From Eledone cirrhosa (taxonomy: Eukaryota): DNA of 64,000 nt. Shown here in pieces: positions 34,690-49,629 of the stretch; positions within the stretch are counted from its first letter, which is position 1, and every line of letters begins with the position of its first letter. The notes below the pieces were generated by a model that was given only the letters and a program-made list of their open reading frames with translations, did not search any database and was not told where the DNA came from. The DNA lies in assembly GCA_964016885.1 (NCBI GenBank), contig OZ024761.1, forward strand, positions 10,912,001 through 10,976,000. Reading direction: 5' to 3'. The translations under genes were made by a program, and so were the position numbers.

Positions 34690-36940
34690 TGTGGTAGTGT
34701 GTTATGTGTATATGTATGTGGTAGTGAGTGTGTGTGTGTTAGTGTATATATGTATGTGGTAGTGAGTGTGTGTGTGTTAGTGTATATATGTATGTTGGTA
34801 GTGAGTGTGTGTGTGTTAATGTATATATGTATGTGGTAGTGAGTGTGTGTGTTAGTGTATATATGTATGTGGTAGTGAGTGTGTGTGTGTTAGTGTATAT
34901 ATGTATGTGGTAGTGAGTGTGTGTGTGTTAGTGTATATATGTATTGTGGTAGTGAGTGTGTGTGTTAGTGTATATATGTATGTGGTAGTGAGTGTGTGTG
35001 TGTTGTGTAGTGTATATATGTATGTGGTAGTGGAGTGTGTGTGTGTTAGTGTATATATGTATGTGGTAGTGAAGTGTGTGTGTGTGTGTTAGGTGTATAT
35101 ATGTATGTGGTAGTGAGTGTGTGTGTTAGTGTATATATGTATGTGGTAGTGAGTGTGTGTGTTAGTGTATATATGTATGTGGTAGTGAGTGTGTGTGTGT
35201 TAGTGTATATATGTATGTGGTAGTGAGTGTGTGTGTGTTAGGTATATATGTATGTGGTAGTGAGTGTGTGTGTTAGTGTATATATGTATATGGTAGTGAG
35301 TGTGTGTGTTAGTGTATATATGTATATGGTAGTGAGTGTGTGTGTTAGTGTATATATGTATGTGGTAGTGAGTGTGTGTGTTAGTGTATATATGTATATG
35401 GTAGTGAGTGTGTGTGTGTTAGTGTATATATGTATATGGTAGTGAGTGTGTGTGTTAGTGTATATATGTATATGGTAGTGAGTGTGTGTGTGTTAGTGTA
35501 TATATGTATATGGTAGTGAGTGTGTGTGTGTTAGTGTATATATGTATATGGTAGTGAGTGTGTGTGTGTTAGGTGTATATATGTATTGTGTGTGTTAGTG
35601 TATATATGTATGTGGTAGTGAGTGTGTGTGTGTTTAGTGTATATATGTATGTGGTAGTGAGTGTGTGTGTGTTAGTGTATATATGTATATTGGTAGTGAG
35701 TGTGTGTGTGTTAGTGTATATATGTATGTAGTAGTGAGTGTGTGTGTTAGTGTATATATGTATGTGGTAGTGAGTGTGTGTGTGTTAGTGTATATATGTA
35801 TGTGGTAGTGAGTGTGTGTGTGTTAGTGTATATATGTATGTGGTAGTGAGTGTGTGTTAATGTATATATGTATGTGGTAGTGTGTGTGTGTGTTAGTGTA
35901 TATATGTATCATGGTAGTGAGTGCTGTGTGTGTTAGTGTATATATGTATGTAGTAGTGAGTGTGTGTGTTAGTGTATATATGTATGTGGTAGTGAGTGTG
36001 TGTGTGTTAGTGTATATATGTATGTGGTAGTGTGTGTGTGTGTGTTAGTGTATATAGTGTATATGGTAGTGAGTGTGTGTGTGATGTGTTAGTGTATATA
36101 TGTATGTCGGTAGTGAGTGTGTGTGTGTTTAGTGTATATATGTATGTGGTAGTGAGTGTGTGTGTGTTAGTGTATATATGTATGTGGGTAGTGAGTGTGT
36201 GTGTGTTAGTGTATATATGTATGTGGTAGTGAGTGTGTGTTAATGTATATATGTATGTGGTAGTGTGTGTGTGTGTTAGTGTATATATGTATGTGGTAGT
36301 GTGTGTGTGTTAGTGTATACTATGTATGTGGTAGTGAGTGTATGTGTGTTAGTGTATATATGTATGTGGTAGTGAGTGTGTGTTAATGTATATATTGTAT
36401 GTGGTAGTGTGTGTGTGTGTTAGTGTATATATGTATGTGGTAGTGTGTGTGTTGTGTGTTAGTGTATATATGTATGTGGTAGTGAGTGTGTGTGTGTTAG
36501 TGTATATGTGTATTGTGTGTGTTAGTGTATATATGTATGTGGGTAGTGAGTGTGTGTGTGTGTTAGTGTATATATGTATGTGGTAGTGAGTGTGTGTGTG
36601 TTAGTGTATAGTGTGGTATGTGGTAGTGAGTGTGTGTGTGTTAGTGTATATGTGTATGTGGTAGTGAGTGTGTGTGTGTTAGTGTATATATGTATAGTGG
36701 TAGTGAGTGTGTGTGTGTTAGTGTATATGTGTATGTGGTAGTGTAGTGTGTGTGTGTTAGTGCTATATATGTATGTGGTTAGTGAGTGTGTGTGTGTTAG
36801 TGTATATATGTATGTGGTAGTGAGTGTGTGTGTGTTAGTGTATATATGTATGTGGTAGTGAGAGTGTGTGTGTTAGTGTATATATGTATGTGGTAGTGAG
36901 TGTGTGTGTGTTAGTGTATATATGTATGTGGTAGTGAGTG
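34690..36940. repeat. ~36-38-bp microsatellite-derived minisatellite
   Basis: Unit TAGTGTATATATGTATGTGGTAGTGAG(TG)n. Confidence 0.92.
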
Positions 36941-37179
36941 TAATTAAGTGGTGAAGTCTAAAGAAGTGATGAGAGAAAAATTAATGATTTACATGAATAA
37001 AACTGGAGTTGAAAACATGGAGTACCCTCGACATATCTCACTCTCCCTCCCCCCCTCCGTACCTCCCATCCCCTCCCCTCTCTCTCTCCCCTCCCCCTCC
37101 TCCTCCTCTCTCTCTCTCTATATATATATATATGCACCTCTATCTATCTACCTCTCTCTATCTACCTGTAACTCTTTCA

Positions 37180-37300
<121 letters not shown>

Positions 37301-38452
37301 GATGAGAGAGAGAGAGAGAGAGAGAGAGGAGATACAATGTATATATTTATGTCTGTGTTGGAAAAAGAAAGAGATAGTGAGGGAGGAGGGGAATGATAAA
37401 ATTGAGAAAGAAAGAGAAAGTGAGAGTAAAACTTAGTTTTGTTGTTGTTAATTTATTTTATTTTATTTTGTTTTAAAATTGTTATTGCTTTGTTTGTTTT
37501 TTTTATTTTCTATTCTAAATACATGTTGTGCTACCACGTCGTTATTTCCAACTCTTACTATCCCCCCTTACTGCCACCACCATCACCATCTCTACTCTTA
37601 CTACTCCACTATCAGCTGCTTTTAAAACAATTTTCTACAAAAAAAAATTTAAAATGGCCTTGTTTTAGGGGGGATTTTTTTGTTAAAGTTGTAACCCCTC
37701 CTCCGCCATCATCACCACCCACCCCACCGCCCTTCTTGCTTGCTTATAAAATCTTCTCTCTCCTGACTGACAACAACGAAAAACTGACCAACTTTGAGGG
37801 TGTCTGTTTTGCTGAGAGTTATGGACGGCTTTCCTTAGACTAAATAACATGACTAAGCTAGCTGTCAGCATTGCTAACACCTCACAGTGTGGCTTCGTTC
37901 AGATCATCATCATCACCACTATCAGTTTACATTCGCTTTCAGCGCCGGCAGGGGGTTAGTTATCACAAACCTAGACACACCTGGCTCTTTATGTTCCATG
38001 TTTGGCATGGCATCTACGGCTGGATGCCCTTCCTAATGCCAACCACTTTATAGAGTGTACTGAGTGTAATTTATCATGGCACCAGCAATGCCACTCTACA
38101 GAGTGTACTGGGTGTAGTTTATCATGGCACCAGCAATGCCACTCTACAGAGTGTACTGGGTGTATTGTATCATGACACCAGCACTACCACTTTACAGAGT
38201 GTACTTGGGAGTATTTCATCATGACACCAGGACTCCCACTTTACAGAGTGTACTGGGTGTGTTTTATTGTGACACCAACACTACGATTTTCTGACCCGTC
38301 GGACGGGGAGATCTTCCACCTACTTTGGGTGGGTGAGAGTTATCTTCTCTTGTAGAAATAGGTACAGCCTTCATTGCGTAAAATATTCCTATTTTGCCTC
38401 ATTTCTCCCCGTTTGGGTTTTTAGAGGTTGGCAGTTCCGCATTTTAACAGGT

Positions 38453-38811
38453 TGGACTGGGTGCTGTTTGTCGTGTCACCAGCACTACCACCTTACAGAT
38501 TGGACTGAGTGTTGTTTGTCATGTCACCAGCACTACCACCTTACAGATTGGACTGGGTGCTGTTTGTCGTGTCACCAGCACTACCACCTTACAGAGTGGA
38601 CTGGGTGCTGTTTGTCGTGTCACCAGCACTACCACCTTACAGATTGGACTGGGTGCTGTTTGTCGTGTCACCAGCACTACCACCTTACAGATTGGACTGG
38701 GTGCTGTTTGTCGTGTCACCAGCACTACCACCTTACAGAGTGGACTGGGTGCTGTTTGTCGTGTCACCAGCACTACCACCTTACAGAGTGGACTGGGTGC
38801 TGTTTGTCGTG
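38453..38811. repeat. 48-bp minisatellite (~7.5 copies) derived from the family-3 repeat
   Basis: Unit GGACTGGGTGCTGTTTGTCGTGTCACCAGCACTACCACCTTACAGAKT; older diverged copies at 38040-38280. Confidence 0.9.
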
Positions 38812-39314
38812 ATACTTGTTCTGGATCTAAGAGTTCTCAGTTCAAATCCTGCTGGGTCAACTATACTTTTTATTCTTTCCAGGTTTTGCTGAGGAATCAA
38901 ACCAAAGTTGGGGCAACCCTCACCCTAAACCCAGGTGGTCAACAGAGGCAGGCGCGACAGAGTGTCTGTGTCTAGTTACGACTGCATGGACACCTAATTC
39001 AATTAATGGAAGCACGGATCACGCTACCAAGTCATACTCGATTGAAAGTAACGACAGTAGTAGCAGTTTTGTTTTTTAATCAGGAGAAAAATACGTGAGC
39101 TAAACATGTGGTCATGTGACATATTACTACATGTTTTGGTGTCGTGGTAACAACTACTTACAAGATTGTGGGGAGTGGTGGGGGCGAACAGGGGCGGCGG
39201 TTACTGTTAGGAGGAGAGATAGAGAGAGTGTGAGTGTCATAGACATAGTGAGAGAGAGAGAGTGTGTGTGTGTTATAGACATAGTGAGAGAGAGAGAGTG
39301 TGTGTCATAGACAT

Positions 39315-39348
<34 letters not shown>

Positions 39349-39753
39349 TGTGTCATATAGACAGTGAGAGAGAGAGAGTGTGTGTGTGTGTGTCATATAG
39401 ACAATGAGAGAGAGAGAGAGAGAGAGTGTGTGTGTGTGTCATATAGACAGTGAGAGAGAGAGAGAGTGTGTGTCATATAGACAGTGAGAGAGAGAGAGAG
39501 AGAGAGTGTGTGTGTGTGTCATATAGACAGTGAGAGAGAGAGAGAGTGTGTGTCATATAGACAGTGAGAGAGAGAGAGAGAGAGTGTGTGTGTCATATAG
39601 ACAGTGAGAGAGAGAGAGTGTGTGTCATATAGACAGTGAGAGAGAGAGAGATAATATGAGTAAGAGTTATTTGAAGAGTGAGAGAAAAAGAGGGGCTGTA
39701 CGAATAAGAGTCAGTTAAAGAGATAGAGAGAGAGTGAGAGAGAATGAGAAAGA

Positions 39754-39802
<49 letters not shown>

Positions 39803-39803
39803 G

Positions 39804-39834
<31 letters not shown>

Positions 39835-39850
39835 AAAGAGAGGGAGGGAG

Positions 39851-39890
<40 letters not shown>

Positions 39891-40105
39891 GGAGAGAGAG
39901 AGGGGGGGGGCGACTTGACTGTTTATAGGTTTGTGATGTATAAATTGACTTAGATTTACACACAAACACGTGAATGTAGATAAAATAACATACACATACA
40001 CGTATATATATATATATATATATACATATATATATGTATATATATATATATATATATACGTGTGTATATATATATATATATACATTTATTACGGTATATA
40101 TATAC

Positions 40106-40136
<31 letters not shown>

Positions 40137-40155
40137 TATACGTGTGTATATATAC

Positions 40156-40211
<56 letters not shown>

Positions 40212-40212
40212 T

Positions 40213-40266
<54 letters not shown>

Positions 40267-40293
40267 CATGTGTGTACATATATATATATACAC

Positions 40294-40326
<33 letters not shown>

Positions 40327-40328
40327 CT

Positions 40329-40421
<93 letters not shown>

Positions 40422-40428
40422 GTATATA

Positions 40429-40488
<60 letters not shown>

Positions 40489-40497
40489 CATATATAT

Positions 40498-40581
<84 letters not shown>

Positions 40582-40586
40582 GTATG

Positions 40587-40617
<31 letters not shown>

Positions 40618-40679
40618 GGGGGGGGGGGGTAGATATGCACAGAGATACCTAAAGTTACATACACATATATAGAAACAAA

Positions 40680-43600
40680 GAGACACATACACACACATAG
40701 GTGAAGAGCCATACATACATACACACACATAGGTGGAGAGCCATACACACATACATACACATAGGTGGAGAGCCATACATACATATACACACATAGGTGG
40801 AGAACCATACATACATACACACACATAGGTGGAGAGCCATACACACATACACACACATAGGTGGAGAGTCATACATACATACACATAGGTGGAGAGCCAT
40901 ACATACATACACACACATAGGTGGAGAGCCATACATACATACACACACATAGGTGAAGAGACATACATACATACACACACATAGGTGGAGAGCCATACAT
41001 ACATACACACACATAGGTGGAGAGCCATACATACATACATACACATAGGTGGAGAGCCATACATACATATACACACATAGGTCGAGAGCCATACATACAT
41101 ACATACACATAGGTGGAGAGCCATACATACATATACACACATAGGTGGAGAGCCATACATACATACACACACATAGGTGGAGAGCCATACATACATACAC
41201 ACACATAGGTGGAGAGCCATACACACATACACACACATAGGTGGAGAGCCATACATACATACACACACATAGGTGGAGAGACATACACACATACACACAC
41301 ATAGGTGGAGAGCCATACATACATACATACACATAGGTGGAGAGACATACATACATACACACACATAGGTGGAGAGCCATACATACATACACACACATAG
41401 GTGGAGAGACATACACACATACACACACATAGGTGGAGAGCCATACATACATACATACACATAGGTGGAGAGACATACATACATACACACACATAGGTGG
41501 AGAGCCATACATACATACACACACATAGGTGGAGAGACATACACACATACACACACATAGGTGGAGAGCCATACATACACACACACACACAGGTGGAGAG
41601 CCATACATACATACACATAGGTGGAGAGCCATACATACATACACACACATAGGTGGAGAGACATACATACATACACACACATAGGTGGAGAGCCATACAT
41701 ACATACACACACATAGGTGGAGAGCCATACATACATACACATAGGTGGAGAGACATACATACATACACACACATAGGTGGAGAGACATACACACATACAC
41801 ACACATAGGTGGAGAGCCATACATACATACACACACATAGGTGGAGAGCCATACATACATACACACACATAGGTGGAGAGCCATACATACATACACACAC
41901 ATAGGTGGAGAGCCATACATACACACACACACATAGGTGGAGAGCCATACATACATACACACACATAGGTGGAGAGCCATACATACACACACACACATAG
42001 GTGGAGAGCCATACATACACACACACACATAGGTGGAGAGCCATACATACATACACACACATAGGTGGAGAGCCATACATACATACACACACACATAGGT
42101 GGAGAGCCATACACACATACACACACATAGGTGGAGAGCCACCATACATACACACATATAGGTGGAGAACCATACATACATACACACATAGGTGGAGAGC
42201 CATACATACATACACACACATAGGTGGAGAGCCATACATACACACACACACATAGGTGGAGAGCCATACATACATACACACACATAGGTGCAGAACCATA
42301 CATACATACACACACATAGGTGAAGAGCCATACATACACACACACACATAGGTGGAGAGCCATACATACACACACACACATAGGTGGAGAGACATACATA
42401 CATACACACACATAGGTGGAGAGACATACACACATACACACACATAGGTGGAGAGCCATACATACACACACATAGGTGGAGAGACATACATACATACATA
42501 CACATAGGTGGAGAGCCATACACACATACACACACATAGGTGGAGAGCCATACATACATACACACACATAGGTGGAGAGACATACATACACACACATAGG
42601 TGGAGAGACATACATACATACACACACATAGGTGGAGAGCCATACATACATACACACACATAGGTGGAGAGCCATACATACATACACACACATAGGTGGA
42701 GAGCCATACATACATACACATAGGTGGAGAGCCATACATACACACACACACATAGGTGGAGAGCCATACATACATACACACACATAGGTGGAGAGACATA
42801 CATACACACACATAGGTGGAGAGCCATACATACATACACACACATAGGTGGAGAGCCATACATACACACACACACATAGGTGGAGAACCATACATACATA
42901 CACACACATAGATGGAGAGCCATACATACATACACACACATAGGTGGAGAGACATACATACATACACACACATAGGTGGAGAGCCATACATACACACACA
43001 CACATAGGTGGAGAGCCATACATACACACACACACATAGGTGGAGAGCCATACATACACACACACACATAGGTGGAGAGCCATACATACACACATACACA
43101 TAGGTGGAGAGCCATACATACACACATACACATAGGTGGAGAGCCATACATACACACACACACATAGGTGGAGAGCCATACATACATACATACACATAGG
43201 TGGAGAGCCATACATACATACACACACACACATAGGTGGAGAGACATACATACACACACACATAGGTGGAGAGACATACATACACACACACACATAGGTG
43301 GAGAGCCATACATACATACATACACATAGGTGGAGAGCCATACATACATACACACACATAGGTGGAGAGCCATACATACACACACATAGGTGGAGAGCCA
43401 TACATACATACATACACATAGGTGGAGAGCCATACATACATACACATAGGTGGAGAGCCATACATACACACACATAGGTGGAGAGCCATACATACACACA
43501 CATAGGTGGAGAGCCATACATACATACACACACATAGGTGGAGAGCCATACATACATACACATAGGTGGAGAGCCATACATACATACACACACATAGGTG

Positions 43601-46075
43601 GAGAGCCATACATACATACACACACATAGGTGGAGAGACATACATACATACACACACATAGGTGGAGAGCCATACATACATACACACACATAGGTGGAGA
43701 GCCATACATACATACACACACATAGGTGGAGAGCCATACATACATACACACACATAGGTGGAGAGAAATACATACATACACACACATAGGTGGAGAGACA
43801 TACATACATACACACACATAGGTGGAGAGACATACATACATACACACACATAGGTGGAGAGCCATACATACATACACACACATAGGTGGAGAGCCATACA
43901 TACATACACACACATAGGTGGAGAGCCATACATACATACACACACATAGGTGGAGAGCCATACATACATACACACACAGAGGTGGAGAGCCATACATACA
44001 TACACACACATAGGTGGAGAGCCATACATACATATACACACATAGGTGGAGAGCCATACATACATACACACACATAGGTGGAGAACCATACATACATACA
44101 CACACATAGGTGGAGAGCCACACATACACACACACACATAGGTGGAGAGACATACATACATACACACACATAGGTGGAGAGACATACATACATACACACA
44201 CATAGGTGGAGAGCCATACATACATACACATACACATAGGTGGAGAGCCATACATACACACACACATAGGTGGAGAGCCATACATACATACATACACATA
44301 GGTGGAGAGCCATACATACATACACACACATAGGTGGAGAGACATACATACACACACATAGGTGGAGAGACATACATACACATACACATAGGTGGAGAGC
44401 CATACATACATACACACACATAGGTGGAGAGCCATACATACACACACATAGGTGGAGAGACATACATACACATACATAGGTGGAGAGACATACATACACA
44501 TACACATAGGTGGAGAGCCATACATACATACACACACATAGGTGGAGAGCCATACATACACACACATAGGTGGAGAGCCATACATACACACACATAGGTG
44601 GAGAGACATACATACACACACATAGGTGGAGAGACATACATACACATACACATAGGTGGAGAGCCATACATACATACACACACATAGGTGGAGAGCCATA
44701 CATACATACACACACATAGGTGGAGAGCCATACATACATACACATAGGTGGAGAGCCATACATACATACACACACATAGGTGGAGAGCCATACATACACA
44801 CACATAGGTGGAGAGACATACATACACATACACATAGGTGGAGAGCCATACATACATACACACACATAGGTGGAGAGCCATACATACATACACACACATA
44901 GGTGGAGAGCCATACATACACACACACATAGGTGGAGAGCCATACATACATACACAGACATAGGTGGAGAGCCATACATACATACACACACATAGGTGGA
45001 GAGCCATACATACACACACACATAGGTGGAGAGCCATACATACATACACACACATAGGTGGAGAGCCATACATACATACACACACATAGGTGGAGAGCCA
45101 TACATACACACACATAGGTGGAGAGACATACATACACATACACATAGGTGGAGAGCCATACATACACACACACATAGGTGGAGAGCCATACATACATACA
45201 CATAGGTGGAGAGCCATACATACACACACACACATAGGTGGAGAGCCATACATACACACACACATAGGTGGAGAGCCATACATACATACACACACATAGG
45301 TGGAGAGCCATACATACATACACACACATAGGTGGAGAGCCATACATACATACACACACATAGGTGGAGAGCCATACATACACACACATAGGTGGAGAGC
45401 CATACATACATACACACACATAGGTGGAGAGCCATACATACATACACACACATAGGTGGAGAGCCATACATACATACACACACATAGGTGGAGAGCCATA
45501 CATACACACACACACATAGGTGGAGAGCCATACATACACACACATAGGTGGAGAGCCATACATACACACACATAGGTGGAGAGCCATACATACATACATA
45601 CACATAGATGGAGAGCCATACACACATACACACACATAGGTGGAGAGCCATACATACACACACATAGGTGGAGAGCCATACATACACACATACACATAGG
45701 TGGAGAGCCATACATACACACACATAGGTGGAGAGCCATACATACACACACATAGGTGGAGAGCCATACATACATACATACACATAGGTGGAGAGCCATA
45801 CATACACACACATAGGTGGAGAGCCATACATACACACACATAGGTGGAGAGCCATACATACACACACATAGGTGGAGAGCCATACATACACACACATAGG
45901 TGGAGAGCCATACATACACACACATAGGTGGAGAGCCATACATACACACACATAGGTGGAGAGCCATACATACACACACATAGGTGGAGAGCCATACATA
46001 CATACATACACATAGATGGAGAGCCATACACACATACATACACATAGGTGGAGAACCATACATACATATATACAC
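40680..46075. repeat. 5.4-kb VNTR: ATAGGTGGAGAGCC core plus variable (CATA)/(CA) spacer (26-34 bp)
   Basis: Directly visible. Confidence 0.95.
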
Positions 46076-47353
46076 ACATACAAAGTTATATATATATATA
46101 TAAATATATATATATACTGAGTAATACACAAAGATATATATACACACACACAGTAATACGCATAAACATTAATATATATATACACATATACGGAGTAATA
46201 CATATACACATACATACATATATATATAAACAGAATATTATATATATATATATACACACACACATATATACATACATACACATACGCACATATATTTATA
46301 TACATTTATATCTATATACACACACACATATATACATACACATACGCACACATATTTATATCTATATATACACACACATATTTATATCTATATACACACA
46401 CACACACATATATACATACATACACATACGCACATATATATATATACACACGCACGGAGTAATGTATATAAACAGTGTTAAACACAGATTTCGAATAGAC
46501 CAACGAGTATATAGATTAAAACTTCTTTCTTCATCCATTCCAGACTTCTATGGTAAGCTTCTATATACTGTAGTGTTGTTTAATATATCAGAGAGATGGG
46601 GTGGGGGATGGTAGCGACTGAGACTTTATTTATCGACCCTGGAAGGAGGATAAGCAAAGCGGACCTTGGTGGGATTTGAACCCACAAAGCGGTTTAATGA
46701 CTGCCAAAACCGACTATTTTAAAGCCCACCCCAACCATACAAAAGTGGTGATTACACTTGCGGGCCCTTTTCTTTTTTTTTTGGCAACGTGTTACTACTG
46801 GGTGCCCTTCCTTGTGACAACTGTCTTAGTTACTTCTGATTACACACAGGAATACGATATATATATATATATACTACACCTGATGTACCCCTCCTTTCCA
46901 TACACATGCACACATGTGTGTATCATGACTCGTGCACTGATCATTTTACTGATGTTTGTGCATTGCCCTATGTACTGTACATGCACTTTTTTGATGAGTT
47001 GTGGTGCACCTGGGCACTGTACACAATATTTCATTATTATTATTATATCATGACTCATACACTGTTCATTTTCCTGACATTTGCACATTATTCTATGTAC
47101 TATACATGCACCTTTGATGAGTTGTAGTGCACCTGAGCACTGTACACAATAATTTCATTATTATTCTGAGTTCAAATCCCGCCGAGGTTAACTTTGCCTT
47201 TCATCCTTACGGGGTCGATAAAATAAAGTACCAGTAATGCACTGGGTAATTGCTGGCCTTGTGCCTAAAGTAGAAACAATTATTATTATATATAATCCTT
47301 ATCGAGCCCTCTTCGGATTTTAGTCTTCACATTTATTATTATTACTATATATA

Positions 47354-47614
47354 TCTATATATACGTTATCTTTTCACTATAATACACTCTGTCTAGCTCT
47401 ACACCTCGACACTGGAGTGAACCTAAACATCGAGTGCTCACCCGGGGGGACCTTCAATAACTCCAAGTTACACTCCCTGACAATTAAAGTGTTAGTTATT
47501 CAGAGAGAGAGAGAGTCGGAAGGACAATGTGACGCGGGAGGGTGTGTGGTGTCTTTGCAGTGGAGTGGTGGGGGCAGGTATACCTAGCCGTACGCCACCC
47601 GGACGGGCTAGCTA

Positions 47615-47615
<1 letters not shown>
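47354..47615 (+). mobile_element. Putative non-autonomous Helitron
   Basis: A|TCTATATATAC 5' end; 3' hairpin CCGT..ACGG followed by CTAG|T. Confidence 0.45.
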
Positions 47616-47664
<49 letters not shown>

Positions 47665-47805
47665 ACTGGCGTCGAAGAAACAACGCCACGAGTTCGAGGT
47701 CGGCCCCTTGTATCATGAAAAGAAAATCTTTTTCGGGGGAAACTTATTGAATCTTTCCAAATGTAAAGCTTTCTTAGGAACTTTCAATGTTTATTTTAGA
47801 TTTTG

Positions 47806-47863
47806 CCGTCTGAAGAGCTCAGGGTAACTTAACTGATAGTCCGCAGTGAAATATGTATAACGG
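47806..47863 (+). ncRNA. Type I hammerhead ribozyme motif (copy E)
   Basis: CCGT-CTGAAGA-GCT C ... C AGT-GAAA-TATGTA-TA-ACGG. Confidence 0.62.
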
Positions 47864-47902
47864 AGTTTTAAATAAACCTGAATCAACTAAATATGGCCTC
47901 CG

Positions 47903-47940
<38 letters not shown>

Positions 47941-47943
<3 letters not shown>

Positions 47944-48222
47944 GATATTAAACAAATGGAAACTATATTTATAAAACCATATTTATTTCGTTATATATAT
48001 TTCTGGGATATCATATTAAAAATATGTTATGCCTTCCTCAGACAAAATACAATACATAAGCTGTTTTATCTGAGGAAGGCATAACATATTTTTGTCTGAG
48101 GAAGGCATAACATATTTTTATCTGAGGAAGGCATAACATATTTTTAATATGATATCCCAGAAATATATATAACGAAATAAATATGGTTTTATAAATATAG
48201 TTTCCATTTGTTTAATATCGTA
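47941..48222. repeat. Perfect inverted repeat (102-bp arms) carrying two opposed hammerhead motifs (minus 47984-48049, plus 48114-48179)
   Basis: 47941-48042 is the exact reverse complement of 48121-48222; each arm reads CTGAGGA-AGG C ATAACATATT..AATATGATAT C CCA-GAAA-TATATA-TA-ACGAAATA. Confidence 0.88.
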
Positions 48223-48410
48223 AACCTACTCCAGAAACTGTCGAGTGCTTTTATATCAGTTATAAAATATTTACTCGTTGTAACCCAACAATCTTAAATA
48301 AAACTTTTGCATATATATATATATATATAATGTATGTATCTGTGTAAAAAAATATCGTTTTTACAATATAAAACTGTTTACATATATGTGTGTGTAAACA
48401 CGCGAGCTGA

Positions 48411-48681
48411 ACCGGAAGTTGTTTACATAGTTGTATGTATCAATCCGCGCCGAATACTTCAATAATAACAAAAAATAATTATTTTCAAATGAATTATAAA
48501 AACAGAAAAATAATTTCACATTTATGAATCTCTATAACATAATTTAAAATTTTATTCTGAAGAAATGTAGAATTTTTCATTTAATATTTTAGGTGTAATC
48601 TATGGAACTATTTCTTAGCTGTCGTTCAAGTTTGAAAAACCAGAAAAGGAAATAGTTCGGCTCTTCAGAGAACCGGAAGTT
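48411..48681 (+). promoter_or_regulatory. Probable SUPT4H1 promoter with two ETS/GABP-type sites
   Basis: ACCGGAAGTT at 48411-48420 and 48672-48681, upstream of the ATG at 48746. Confidence 0.55.
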
Positions 48682-48745
48682 GGAGATCTTTCTGTTGTAG
48701 TGGATTAATTTGATCTGAGGTCCTTCCTTACAGAAGTAAAACAAT

Positions 48746-48814
48746 ATGACTCTAGAAAGTGTACCAAAGGATATGAGGAACCTGCGGGCTTGCCTGTTGT
48801 GTTCCTTAGTTAAG
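48746..48814 (+). CDS. SUPT4H1: Transcription elongation factor SPT4, coding exon 1 ([23 protein letters not shown])
   Basis: Matches human [23 protein letters not shown]; GTAAGA donor follows at 48815. Confidence 0.95.
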
Positions 48815-49629
48815 GTAAGAGATTTAAACCATTTCTTCATCTCTGATTTCTCTCTCGTCTCAAACTTTACCAACTACTCCGGTTTCTCACTCGTCTTTTA
48901 TATTACTTCATTCTAGTATCCATCCGTGGGTTAATAGCCTACAGCTGGCGGACGAAATGTACACTAACACCCACACTAGTAATAGTTGTGGGAGTTAACC
49001 TAGTGGTGGACTATTCTCCTGTCCAGGGGAGTAAGATGTCTTCTACTTTATCTCTCTCCACGTGAACCGGTATAATATAAATGTCTGATGAATCACTGGG
49101 TTTCACACATACTTTAAAATATTTCTGATATATATTTCAGTCAGACTGGTAATAGTAACAGAGTGTCCCCTCCCAGATCATAGATATCCTACCATTTTAA
49201 TATAACCCCAGTCCTTAGTGTATAATATATTCCTCGGTTAATGTTATAAACGGTATCTTCATCATAAAAGGCGGCAATTATCAGAGCCGTTACAATGTCA
49301 CAATGCTTTAAGACATTCGATCTAGTTATCAGCGCTCTCAGTTCAAATCCCGTCCTTTATTCGATTGTTTTTTTTAATTAATTTTTTAAAATGGTAAATT
49401 CATTTTTTTTTTTAAATCTCTCACGATTTCAGTGAGAAATAAACTTCTTTTCTTTTGTTTTTTGTTTTCCTATATATATATGTGTGTATGTGTGTGTGTT
49501 ATCAACTAGTCGTAGTCGACTTCTTTCCCGGAATATGGAGTTGGGGAAGGAGGTTTCTCTCTTTCTATGGAAGAAATCGTCTGTGTTTAGAATTAGAGAG
49601 AGGTGGATGAACTCCATCAGATTTAAAAT

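Noticed and set aside
40680-46075. CRISPR-like constant core plus variable spacer
   Set aside because: Spacers are only CA/CATA microsatellite length variants; eukaryotic DNA with no cas genes.
39715-46305. 1700-2200-aa ORFs in all three minus frames
   Set aside because: Translation of a (TG/TATG)-rich VNTR lacking stops.
49120-49195. Hammerhead-like remnant on minus (GAAATATATATC)
   Set aside because: Core reads CTGGGAG instead of CTGANGA and stems are poor; at best a decayed copy.
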